A DNA stretch of 43,750 nt from Octopus bimaculoides (GCF_001194135.2 NC_068996.1:11797576-11841325), one strand, 5' to 3'; positions 1-10,259 are shown, counted from the first letter of the stretch. The notes: a model not told the origin generated them from the letters alone. A program made the numbers and translations.

Positions 1-229
1 CCTAGCCATATTTCTTTTACGAAATATGGCAAATAAGCCGGAGAAAAATCAAAAACTTTTGGAAATAGACTCCAGAAGGAGCCACTTCCTATTACAAAAA
101 CCCAATAGGGTCGAAGTGTATAGACTTATACACCTCTTCCACAAAAAATATTTTAAAACTGCAAAAGTTTTGACATATAAAAGGCCAACTTACTTGCGAG
201 CCGATGTGACTAGCATCCGTCCAGATCAG

Positions 230-230
<1 letters not shown>

Positions 231-287
<57 letters not shown>
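231..287. repeat. (GATA)n microsatellite
   Basis: Pure GATA tandem run of about 14 units. Confidence 0.95.
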
Positions 288-811
288 CAATAGAGGCAGT
301 ATTAATATCAAAATGTATTTATGTTGTTCTAACCAAGACATCCGTGCTGAATTGCATATAAAGATCACCTTTTGCTACTAATACGGCTTCTGTGGCTTTC
401 ATTATTCTCAATAAGCCCACTGCATACTTCTAAGATCAGTGCTTAAATAGAAACTGATATTCTATATCTCGTTGACAGGGAGATTCGGGTGTTATATCGC
501 TACTGAATACATGCCACTGTGGATGACAGGCAGGCCGAAGTCACGTGATCTGGAAGGATTTTCTTTGTCAATCATATAAATACGAACGCTTTTTTTATAT
601 GCACCAAGAGTTCATATGAGGTTTTCTGAAGGTATATAATGCAGTATTTTCTGTTCTAACACAACATCCATTTTAAGTTGTACACAAGGCTAGCCTTTCA
701 GTATGAACACAGTTTCTGTCGCTATTATATATTTTTTGGTAATCCCGCTGGCTATTTGAAACATTAGCGCTTGAAAAGGCTCTGAAATCCTATACATCGT
801 TGACAATTTAG

Positions 812-955
812 TTAGCCGGGTTCGATTTCTTACGGCGTGTGGTAAGAAGTTTGCTTCCAGCCAAATGGTCCGGTGTCTTCTACAATAGCCTTGAACCAGC
901 CAAAGCTTTGTGAGTGGCAGATATAGTAGACTGAAACTGAAACAAACCAATCATC
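812..955 (+). mobile_element. Degenerate 5' part of SINE family C
   Basis: Contains gtgtggtaagaagtttgcttcc and gtgtcttctacaatagcc...aaagctttgtgagtgg, homologous to the reverse complement of the family C copies at 19350-19852 and 34005-34418. Confidence 0.6.
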
Positions 956-970
956 TATCTATCTGTCTAC

Positions 971-1022
<52 letters not shown>

Positions 1023-1439
1023 NNNNNNNNNNNNNNNNNNNNNNNNNNNNNNNNNNNNNNNNNNNNNNNNNNNNNNNNNNNNNNNNNNNNNNNNNNNNNN
1101 NNNNNNNNNNNNNNNNNNNNNNNNNNNNNNNNNNNNNNNNNNNNNNNNNNNNNNNNNNNNNNNNNNNNNNNNNNNNNNNNNNNNNNNNNNNNNNNNNNNN
1201 NNNNNNNNNNNNNNNNNNNNNNNNNNNNNNNNNNNNNNNNNNNNNNNNNNNNNNNNNNNNNNNNNNNNNNNNNNNNNNNNNNNNNNNNNNNNNNNNNNNN
1301 NNNNNNNNNNNNNNNNNNNNNNNNNNNNNNNNNNNNNNNNNNNNNNNNNNNNNNNNNNNNNNNNNNNNNNNNNNNNNNNNNNNNNNNNNNNNNNNNNNNN
1401 NNNNNNNNNNNNNNNNNNNTAATATATAAATCCAATAAT

Positions 1440-1817
1440 GTGAAGGTGCAATGGCCCAGTAGTTAGGACAGCGGACTCGCGGTCATAGGATCGCGGTTTC
1501 GATTCCCAGACCGGGCGTTGTGAGTGTTTATTGAGCGAAAACACCTAAAGCTCCACGAGGCTCCGGCAGGGGATGGTGGCGAACCCTGCTGTACTCTTTC
1601 ACCACAACTTTCTCTCACTCTTACTTCCTGTTTCTGTTGTGCCTGTAATTCAAAGGGTTAGCTTTGTCACACTGTGTCACACTGAATATCCCCAAGAACT
1701 ACGTTAAAAGTACACGTGTCTGTGGAGTGCTCAGCCAGTTGAACGTTAATTTCACGAGCAGGCTGTTCCGTTGCTCGGATCAACTGGAACCCTCGACGTC
1801 GTAAGCGACGGAGTGCC
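1440..1817 (+). mobile_element. tRNA-derived SINE family A, full length, 12-bp TSD
   Basis: A-box-like TGGCCCAGTAG at 1452-1462 and B-box-like GGTTTCGATTCCC at 1495-1507. Direct repeat aaatccaataat at 1428-1439 and 1818-1829. Closely similar copies at 16318-16695 and 34651-34985. Confidence 0.9.
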
Positions 1818-1964
1818 AAATCCAATAATATTCTTATAATGTTCGTATAGGAGAGGGATTTAGAGATATATATTCCGTTAGATAATTCTGAATATATTAC
1901 CTTTACCATATAGGTTTCCTGAAGTATATAATATCAGCAATAATGATCCCTTCTACTATAAGCT

Positions 1965-2075
1965 CAAGGCCAGAAATCGACCCCAGTGTTTCACTGGTAT
2001 TTAGTTTAGCAACCCTGAAAGGATGAAAGCCAAAGTCGACCTCGACGGAATTTGAACATAAAACGTACTGACAGA
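1965..2075 (-). mobile_element. Partial SINE family B
   Basis: tcgaccccagtg...ctggta...aaggatgaaagccaaagtcgacctcgacggaatttgaac matches the family B copy at 18757-18992. Confidence 0.75.
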
Positions 2076-2266
2076 CTTGAATAATGATAATAATTATAAC
2101 GATTAGTACGAAGTTCAATAGCATTACCTTTACTTAGACCTACACATGTTTCGACTGTTTCACCTGTAAATGATTACCTAATCAAAACTTAACGGACAAC
2201 TCTACGTTATACACAGAGTAGATAAACGAAAAACTTTAAATTGTTATAGAGAAGGATATTAAGTAA

Positions 2267-2352
2267 AGACCCTGAAGAAGTTGCACCGGTATAATATTAG
2301 GGTTCCTATTGTAACGGTTACTAATCGGTGCAGTTGAAACATGTGCAGGTCT
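2267..2352 (+). ncRNA. Type I hammerhead ribozyme-like motif, cleavage triplet mutated (GCA)
   Basis: Layout: agacc / CTGAAGA / agttgcaccgg...tcggtgcagtt / GAAAC-atgt-GCA / ggtct. Stem I is agacc:ggtct. An inverted partial copy at 2126-2157 retains GAAACATGTGTA-GGTCT. Confidence 0.6.
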
Positions 2353-2430
2353 ATGTAAAGCTGTATATAAATTAAAAGGACTAAAGTTAGTGCTGTGCAA
2401 CCTCGTAATAATCCTCATCATTATTATTGT

Positions 2431-2467
<37 letters not shown>

Positions 2468-2643
2468 GTAGTATATTGCCACTTAAGTGTGGCTGACCCC
2501 TAGGGGTGGATGTTACTGTTGCTTTTAGCCCCAGATATATTTATTTATTCTGTTGTGTCTGGAGAGAGTCATTCTCATTTAGTGCCTTGTAATTTAACAC
2601 ACTCACTGATAAAAGAATCTTGCAAACCGAATCCCAAAACGAA

Positions 2644-2656
2644 ATATGTGTGTGTG

Positions 2657-2698
<42 letters not shown>

Positions 2699-2943
2699 TG
2701 TGTGCGTATGCGCGTGTTTGTATGTCTGTGTCTGTGTCTTTGTGTGTGTGTGTTTGTCTCCCACTGCCGCTTGACAACCGGTGTTAGTGACTACATGTCC
2801 CCGTAACTTAGCGGTTCGAGATAGAAACAGATAGAATAAGTACAGGCTTATAAAGTACTGGTGTCGATTCGTTCGACAATTCTTCAACGCAGTGCTCCAG
2901 TATGGCCGTTGTCTAATGACTTAAACAAATAAAAAGGTAAAAG
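2644..2943 (+). mobile_element. (TG)n tract plus 3' half of SINE family C
   Basis: gcttgacaaccgg...cgtaacttagcggttcg...gatagaataagtac...gtgctccagtatggccg is the reverse complement of the family C tails at 34005-34200 and 43420-43620. Confidence 0.75.
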
Positions 2944-2980
2944 ATGAAACACACACGCACATATACAGACACATGCATTT

Positions 2981-3196
2981 TACTTATTCTATCGGGTACT
3001 TTTGTCGAATCGCTATGTTATGGGCCTCGTAAATACACCTTGGTTGGGGGAAAATACAAACACATAAGCATTCATGCATATACATACATACTACGAGCTT
3101 CTTTCAATTTCCATGTACTTTGGTCGGTCCGAGGGTATAGTAGAAGACACTTGCCCAAGGTCTCACGCAAGCTACGTACCACACAGCTACTCCTGC
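2981..3196 (-). mobile_element. SINE family C, internally deleted
   Basis: Contains tacttattctatcgg, then tatagtagaagacacttgcccaagg, and ends in ccacacagctactcctgc as in the other family C copies. Confidence 0.75.
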
Positions 3197-3509
3197 ATAT
3201 GTATATATATATATGGAGGTGAACACACACACACACACCACACCACACACACACACCACACCACACACACACACCACACCACACACACACACACCACACC
3301 ACACNNNNNNNNNNNNNNNNNNNNNNNNNNNNNNNNNNNNNNNNNNNNNNNNNNNNNNNNNNNNNNNNNNNNNNNNNNNNNNNNNNNNNNNNNNNNNNNN
3401 NNNNNNNNNNNNNNNNNNNNNNNNNNNNNNNNNNNNNNNNNNNNNNNNNNNNNNNNNNNNNNNNNNNNNNNNNNNNNNNNNNNNNNNNNNNNNNNNNNNN
3501 NNNNNNNNN

Positions 3510-3874
3510 GTCGGGGCACTCCGTCGGTTACGACGACGCGGGTTCCAATTGATCAGATCAACGGAACAGCCTAATCGTGAAATTAACGTACACAGACACG
3601 TGTACCCTTAACGTATTTCTCGGGGACATTCAGTGTGACACAGAGTGTGACAAGGCTGGCCCCTTTGAATTACAGGCACAACAGAAACAGGAAGTAAGAG
3701 TGAGAGAAAGTTGTGGTGAAAGAGTACAGCAGGGTTCGCCACCATCCCCTGCCGGATAAGTGGACTGGAGCAACGTGAAATGAAGTGTTTTGCTAAAGAA
3801 CACAACGCGTCGCCTGGTCCAGGAATCGAAACCACAATCTTACGATCATGATGCTGACGCCCTAACCACTAAGC
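3510..3874 (-). mobile_element. SINE with family A body and an alternative tRNA-like head
   Basis: 3515-3756 matches the family A body with a deletion of about 20 bp. 3757-3874 is a different head: TTAGTGGTTAGG A-box remnant, GGTTTCGATTCC B-box and tctttagcaaaacacttc. Confidence 0.8.
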
Positions 3875-3892
3875 TTTAGCTGTTTCCTAGAT

Positions 3893-4007
3893 AAGGCTGG
3901 TGTGTAGGATTACGCTCTGGCTGTGATGGGTTTAGGGTTTCATGATACGCTGTACAACTAAACTCTTTATGGACATGAAACCCAAGGTAATCCCATAAAC
4001 CGGCCTT
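3893..4007. repeat. Degenerate palindromic MITE-like element
   Basis: Nested inverted pairs aaggctggt/accggcctt, ggattac/gtaatcc and gggtttcatg/catgaaaccc. Confidence 0.5.
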
Positions 4008-4449
4008 CTCCAACTATATATGTAGTAGAAATAATGGTAATAAACAGAAAACAAATTTACTTATAATTATTATTTCTATTATAACGCAATATTCTACACA
4101 CTAGATTATTCCAAGTTTGATGCCACGGGTCGTACTACGCTGGACGCCGGAAAGGAGTGTGGAACCCATCACTGAGTTGCAGTTTTGGTTGTGTGTCGCA
4201 CTTTACTGTGCTCTTTTTCTCATTTTTTTTTTTATTGACATATATACATACATATTATACATACATATATGATTAAATTTGAACCTGCAAAAATACGGTA
4301 CTTCGTGAAGTGAACGGCACATAACTGAAACAACTCTTCGCATCTAAATAGCGGTCTGCTCGGTTCCACAACCTTGAATGATCAAGGTTTTATACATGAC
4401 TGTTAGTGATATACTCAAATAGGCGCGCACACACACACACATACGCATA

Positions 4450-4497
<48 letters not shown>

Positions 4498-4783
4498 NNN
4501 NNNNNNNNNNNNNNNNNNNNNNNNNNNNNNNNNNNNNNNNNNNNNNNNNNNNNNNNNNNNNNNNNNNNNNNNNNNNNNNNNNNNNNNNNNNNNNNNNNNN
4601 NNNNNNNNNNNNNNNNNNNNNNNNNNNNNNNNNNNNNNNNNNNNNNNNNNNNNNNNNNNNNNNNNNNNNNNNNNNNNNNNNNNNNNNNNNNNNNNNNNNN
4701 NNNNNNNNNNNNNNNNNNNNNNNNNNNNNNNNNNNNNNNNNNNNNNNNNNNNNNNNNNNNNNNNNNNNNNNNNNNNNNNNNNN

Positions 4784-4824
<41 letters not shown>

Positions 4825-4831
4825 ATATATG

Positions 4832-4863
<32 letters not shown>

Positions 4864-5152
4864 AATATTTACTAACGTATGTGTCTCTACACATATATAT
4901 ACATATGTATATATACATATATACATATATATATATACATAGTATATGTACATATTTATATTTATATGTATTTACATATATATATGTGTGTGTATGTGTG
5001 TGTACATATACACATACATACATATAATATATGTACAACATATACATATATTATACATGCATCTACTAACATCCATACACACGCACACATATTTATATAA
5101 GTATGTGCATAAGTGCGTGCGTGAGAAGTGAGACAGCGAAAGTCTGTGTGTG

Positions 5153-5185
<33 letters not shown>

Positions 5186-5777
5186 ATGGAGATGTGCGTT
5201 ATGTATTTCATTTTATGATTAGAAGTTACTAAACCATTTAACGGAACCGCACCTCCCACACGAGAAGGCAAAGCGGAGCCGAAACTACCGAGAGAAATTA
5301 TCATTACAGAAAAGATGACGAGACAAACTAAATATCCCAGAATATCCAGTCTGGCGCTTTCCACTTCGTCTCGAACACTTAATCCTCCGAAGCTTCATCT
5401 GAACTAAAATTTCACTCAACTATTTGCTTTAAGTATAATCTTTCTTATTAATAATAATGATTGATCCCTTGGCGTTTATGTATAAATGAATGTATGTATG
5501 TGGGTGTATGTATGTACGGACGTGCGTATTATGTATATGTTAAATATATGCGTGTGTGTATGCATGCGTGTGTGTATGCATGCATATCTATGTATATATA
5601 TATACACACACACATGTAATGCGCATACGCACACACACATGTGTATGTAAATATACGAGATTACATGCTTACATATTTACACGTATACATACATATATAC
5701 CTATAAAGCATACATGTATGTATCGATGTTTTTTTTGTATGTGTGTGCGTGTGCATGTGTGTGTGTATGTGTGCAGA

Positions 5778-5877
5778 GGTGCGTGGCTTTGTGGTTAGGG
5801 TGATAAAGTCACGCTCGTAAAATTGCGGTTTGGATTCCTGGACCGGGTAATGCGGTGTATTCTTGAGCAAATCACTC

Positions 5878-5880
<3 letters not shown>
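5778..5880 (+). mobile_element. SINE tRNA-like head
   Basis: TGGCTTTGTGG A-box, GGTTTGGATTCC B-box-like, then ttcttgagcaaatcact. Similar to the head at 3757-3874. Confidence 0.6.
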
Positions 5881-5920
<40 letters not shown>

Positions 5921-5958
5921 TATGTGTGTGTGTTTGAGTGTGTGTGCGCGCACGTACA

Positions 5959-6950
5959 GGTGTTCGGTCAATTCATTGACGGCAATATGTCGTCGTTGGT
6001 CAATTTGTCCCCAAGTGAATTCGCTGTAAGTCAATTCGTAGAGATCACAGGAAAAATGGAAGAACGTATAACTGAATTTAAAGAAACTTTTATTTTAAGG
6101 TTTGCTGTATTACATATTCATTTTTTCTTAAAATCTAAGGTTGTGTGCAATTGCTTTTCGAAGAATAATTTTTGGGGCTTGGATCATATTTTTCCATGAC
6201 ATTTTTTATACGCAGATTCATATCTCTGTATTTTTTCTTTTGGTTTGGTTCTTCTCCTTGCATATACTTGGTACTGGCAAACTTTACCTCATATTTAATA
6301 GCATCAATAAGTTTCCAAATATTTCGACGACTAATATCCATTGTGTTTTTCAGCGCGCTGTGGTAGGCTTCTAAACTATTTGCAATAGGAGCAATCCCCG
6401 TCATACATTGATCCCAAACATTCCATATGGGTAATGGAAGAGGTGGTTGAAGGCGTCGCCTCCTCTGTTCTCTTCCTATAAGTGGTCCTATATAATTATT
6501 TTCAAAATAGGATACAATTCACTGTGGACTATCGTCATCATTTACAAGTTGTTCGTATCCATTTTCAACATCGTCAACCGGCAGGAAGGCTAGGGCAACA
6601 AAATACTGCATTTTTAGACTAAAACTGTCATTTTCATGGTATCTGCATTTTAGACCTTCTTGCACATGCTTGTACACATTATGTCCAAAAGAAACAATCA
6701 GCATCCCAAATTTAACCAAGGATACGATTCTAGTTATCCGTTATGGGCTGCTTTTTCGAAATCCATATTTATATTATCAGGTCCCTCATTTTGCAGTAAA
6801 TCATGTATTTTGGCAAAAAGTCTACTACATGTCTTGACTTTTGTTAGAGAGCAATGCAAACAATCGTGGGGCATTAAAATTATCAATTTGAATGTGAAGT
6901 ATATATAACTGAAAAATGTTTCTCGAGCAGCACATAAATATTCCATCTGC
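5959..6950 (-). mobile_element. Mutator-like (MULE) transposase remnant with one terminus
   Basis: Minus-strand fragments INMDFEKAAHN, NVYKHVQEGLKCRY, YFVALAFLPVDDVENGYEQLV and NSLEAYHSALK...NIWKLIDAIK resemble MULE DDE transposases. They are broken by stops and frameshifts. A roughly 16-bp periodic caatt motif lies at 5959-6045. Confidence 0.8.
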
Positions 6951-7020
6951 CACCCAGTTCTTGTGTTGTTTTAAATGTCGAAGTGCTTCATCACTTGCAA
7001 ATATTAATATTCGTTAATAA

Positions 7021-7089
7021 TACTGGTGGAATGTTCCAGTGAAGACCTCAATAAAATATAAGCACAACAGACCTGATATTGTGATTTGG
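7021..7089 (+). mobile_element. Fragment of restriction-like endonuclease domain of an R4/Dong-type LINE
   Basis: Translates YWWNVPVKTSIKYKHNRPDIVIW. NRPDIV resembles the PD motif of RLE-bearing non-LTR elements. Confidence 0.55.
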
Positions 7090-7100
7090 ACACAGACACA

Positions 7101-7134
<34 letters not shown>

Positions 7135-7709
7135 CATACATACATACATACATTCACACATAGATACAAACATATATTTGCAGGTACAACCGTCATACTT
7201 ACATGTCAACATATATAGGCTTGTGTGAAATGAAGAGTGTAGAAACTTCAGTGTTTCAGTTAGACATAACGAATTTTCATAAAGACATTTTCAGAAGGTA
7301 AGCAGAAATCAAGAATAATACGAAATATCGAATGGTCATCACGAAAGCTAACCAACCGTTCCTAAATATATACCGTCAAAATTTTTGATTTGTTAATTGC
7401 AGAACCTTGGACAAATAGATTTTAGCGTCTCTCCCGAGAAATATATTGCAATCTGCTAAATGAAAATATACATCACTTGACCAGTTTTAAGTATGCTTTT
7501 AGGTATTTTCCACATAATTACTTAGTTTTGTCGATGTAACGGAATAATTTTTTGTGTAATTTAACATGTTTATTCGTAAATGAATAAAAGTTTAGTTTTA
7601 AAAAAAACAACATATATTGCACACCATATCTTGTCTTTGTAAACACTTCTCTGTATAAATACATTTAAAGATAGATAGATAGATAGAGTGAGAGAGAGAG
7701 AGGGGAGAC

Positions 7710-7753
<44 letters not shown>

Positions 7754-8190
7754 CGGGCATATGTGTGTATGCGTGTGTGCGCGTGTGTGTACGTGTTTCG
7801 TTGTTGTTGAAGAAATGAATACCGTTAAGCACTCTCCCGATTTTCCAACGATTCTATCAATTTACTACTCCTTATTTATAACAAAAGCATAAATACTAGT
7901 TGAGAAATGAAAGAATAACTTTTGTGTTCTCAAATACTTTATTCCCATTGCCACATTACAGTGTTCTTAAAAATGAAGAATAACTATTTGGTAACAAAAA
8001 GCTAAAGTTCGTAGCAGACGCAATTTTTTGTGAAGGTACCACATATCCAACTAGTCATACACCGCAAAAGCGTTTCAGTCAATTTCAATATGGAATAGCA
8101 AGAGTATTTTATAAAGTCCTACGGAAAATCAGTTATACTTTATTTTCTTTCCTATAGAAATCAATATTCCGGCTATTATACATACGAGAC

Positions 8191-8442
8191 TAGTGATTCT
8201 CTACCATTGTTTTTTCACCTGCAGATCCCATTGATTCCTAATTTATTCAAATAGACCCGCATAATGATTCGATGTTTTAAGGATTATATTATATGTTTAT
8301 AATTAAACATTACTAGGGGTTGAATAAAAAAAATTAAAATGTCTATTGTAGAAATATAACGAGTTTATTGCTCATAAACTTTAATAGTAAAAACTTATAT
8401 GGAACCGCAAGGGGTTATATTGATCGTGGTTGAGAAATACTG
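8191..8442. mobile_element. hAT-type MITE with 8-bp TSD
   Basis: Imperfect TIRs tagtgattctctacca / tggttgagaaatactg. Flanks tacgagac (8183-8190) and tacaagac (8443-8450) match at 7 of 8 positions. Confidence 0.75.
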
Positions 8443-8565
8443 TACAAGACTAACGAGTCAATATCTGTTATGTGATGTATTATAGATATTCCATAACAAT
8501 ATATATTATGGAGTTACATAGCCTAATAAATATGGCTGCCAAATCTCCCGCAAATTAGTTTCGTC

Positions 8566-8813
8566 TATACATTATTTACATTATTTACATTTGACGGATA
8601 TTTGTCCTCATCTTGTTTGTTGTTAACACAACGTTTCGGCTGATATACCCTCCAGCCTTCATCAGGTGCCTTGGGGAAATTTCGAACCTGGGTTCTCAGT
8701 CCTAAGGTATTGTTCGATGTTATTATTATCATTATTATTCAGGTCACTGCCTGGAATCGAACTCGGAATCTTGGGGTTAGTAGCGCGCACGCTTAACCAC
8801 TAAGCCATATGCC
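8566..8813 (-). mobile_element. tRNA-headed SINE-like element carrying a hammerhead ribozyme motif
   Basis: Minus strand: head 8813-8742 with TGGCTTAGTGG A-box and GAGTTCGATTCC B-box, an (AAT)n linker at 8740-8721, then a body about 94% identical to 9146-9300. Confidence 0.8.
8625..8670 (-). ncRNA. Minimal type I hammerhead ribozyme motif, intact core
   Basis: Layout: ggcac / CTGATGA / a / ggctg-gagggtatat-cagcc / GAAA-CG-TT / gtgtt. Stem II is 5 perfect bp, stem I is 5 bp with G-U pairs, and helix III is the palindrome AACGTT. Confidence 0.75.
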
Positions 8814-8854
8814 AGAATAATAATAATAATAATAATAATCATCATAATAAAAAA

Positions 8855-9087
8855 ATAGGTATAATAAAAAAAATATTCAGACAAATACATAACAAAAACA
8901 CCAGGACTTACAAATATATATAACATACAGAAAATTGCACTACTGGGCACTGCACACATCCTACGCAAAACACTTTCAATACAGTAACCATAAGAGCACC
9001 ACAGAAAACCACAGCACATACCCAAGGCGCACAGAGCTGCGCTCGGTAGTGAAGTGAAAGCACGTTATAAAACTAAAACTACTGAAC
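8855..9087 (+). mobile_element. 5'-truncated 3' end of R4/Dong-like non-LTR retrotransposon between (AAT)n tracts
   Basis: Translates SDKYITKTPGLTNIYNIQKIALLGTAHILRKTLSIQ* (stop at 8985-8987), resembling the QKxxLLGTAxILR C-terminus of R4-clade ORFs. Flanked by AAT runs at about 8816-8850 and 9088-9146. Confidence 0.7.
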
Positions 9088-9145
<58 letters not shown>

Positions 9146-9148
<3 letters not shown>

Positions 9149-9331
9149 TCGAAAAATACCTTAAGAATGAGAACTCAGGTTCGAAATTTCCCCAAGACAC
9201 TTGATGAAGGCTGGAGGGTATATCAGCCGAAACGTTGTGTTAACAACAAACAAGATGAGGGCAAATATCCGTCAATTGTAAATAATGTAAATAATGTACA
9301 TAATTCCACATCTCTTAAATATAGAACTGTA
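9146..9331 (+). mobile_element. Headless second copy of the HHR-bearing element
   Basis: I count 9 substitutions in about 155 nt against 8566-8720. The HHR at 9196-9241 has TTGATGA instead of CTGATGA. Confidence 0.8.
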
Positions 9332-10259
9332 GCTTAGTCTGGTTTAAAAGAAATTAAATCGATATCGGATGATTTAATCTGCGTTGCGGCAGACCTGAAA
9401 AAAATTAATAAATTAAACTGGCTGGTAATAATTTTAATATCAGTCGGAATACGCCTACTTGTTCAAAGTTATGGTAAAGTTAAACAGTTATGGAAACAAT
9501 AATTATTAGATGAGAAATCGACCAGCAAAGATACCTCGAATTCCTCGTTTATCCTGATAAAAATCGCAACCAAAAACACCTCGAAATACTCTGTGGAGAA
9601 ACTTTTGTTTGAAAAGTGAATGGTTAATGGATTAGATTCTGAATCTGCTCAGTCAGAGCTAATTAGATACTACACAGCAACAGCAATGACAGTAACCTCA
9701 GCTTGATTAAAAGAAACTAATTTTGTTTTACGTATTTTTGTGTCGTCAACTGATGAAGAAGTATCCTGATTGATTGTTCATTGCAACATTTTCACTCATC
9801 TAGTTTACAATTTTCATAATTACGTGCAAGCTTTATTTATCTATTTATTGCAATTTGCAAGTGTTTATTTCATGTTCAAGTAACAATTTTTGATTCCCGA
9901 GATTTTGTGATATATTCTTGCTATGATTTTGTGGTTAGATGAGTTACATTTTCTGTTCTGTTTTATATATATCTCCTCAATACTAATCGCTTTTCTAACT
10001 GTATGATGGCTTTTATAATACAACTACAATACCGCACAGATTGATTCTGTGTTATGATATATTTGATTTATGTTGTGTAATAACTGGGGAGATTTTGCAT
10101 TAGGGTGACATTTCTTGTTGGTAGGTTCATAGGTTTAAATTTCAATTAAAATTTTCTCTCTATTTTAAAATGCTACCTTTAATATAGAAAATATTCCGTT
10201 TAAAAACAAAGAGCTCTTTTAAAGAATTAGTTAGCTATTATCCTTGAGATTATGTTCGA

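Noticed and set aside
470-570. GTCACGTGAT E-box/CLEAR-like motif as a promoter
   Set aside because: A single short motif with no supported downstream gene or other promoter evidence.
1443-1515. tRNA genes at SINE heads (also 8742-8813, 16620-16695, 34345-34418)
   Set aside because: A and B boxes are present, but I could not form a complete cloverleaf and each head is fused to a multicopy SINE body.
8777-9025. Minus-strand Cys-rich ORF MGMCCGFLWC...
   Set aside because: It is the antisense of the R4/Dong-like C-terminus plus an ATT tract.
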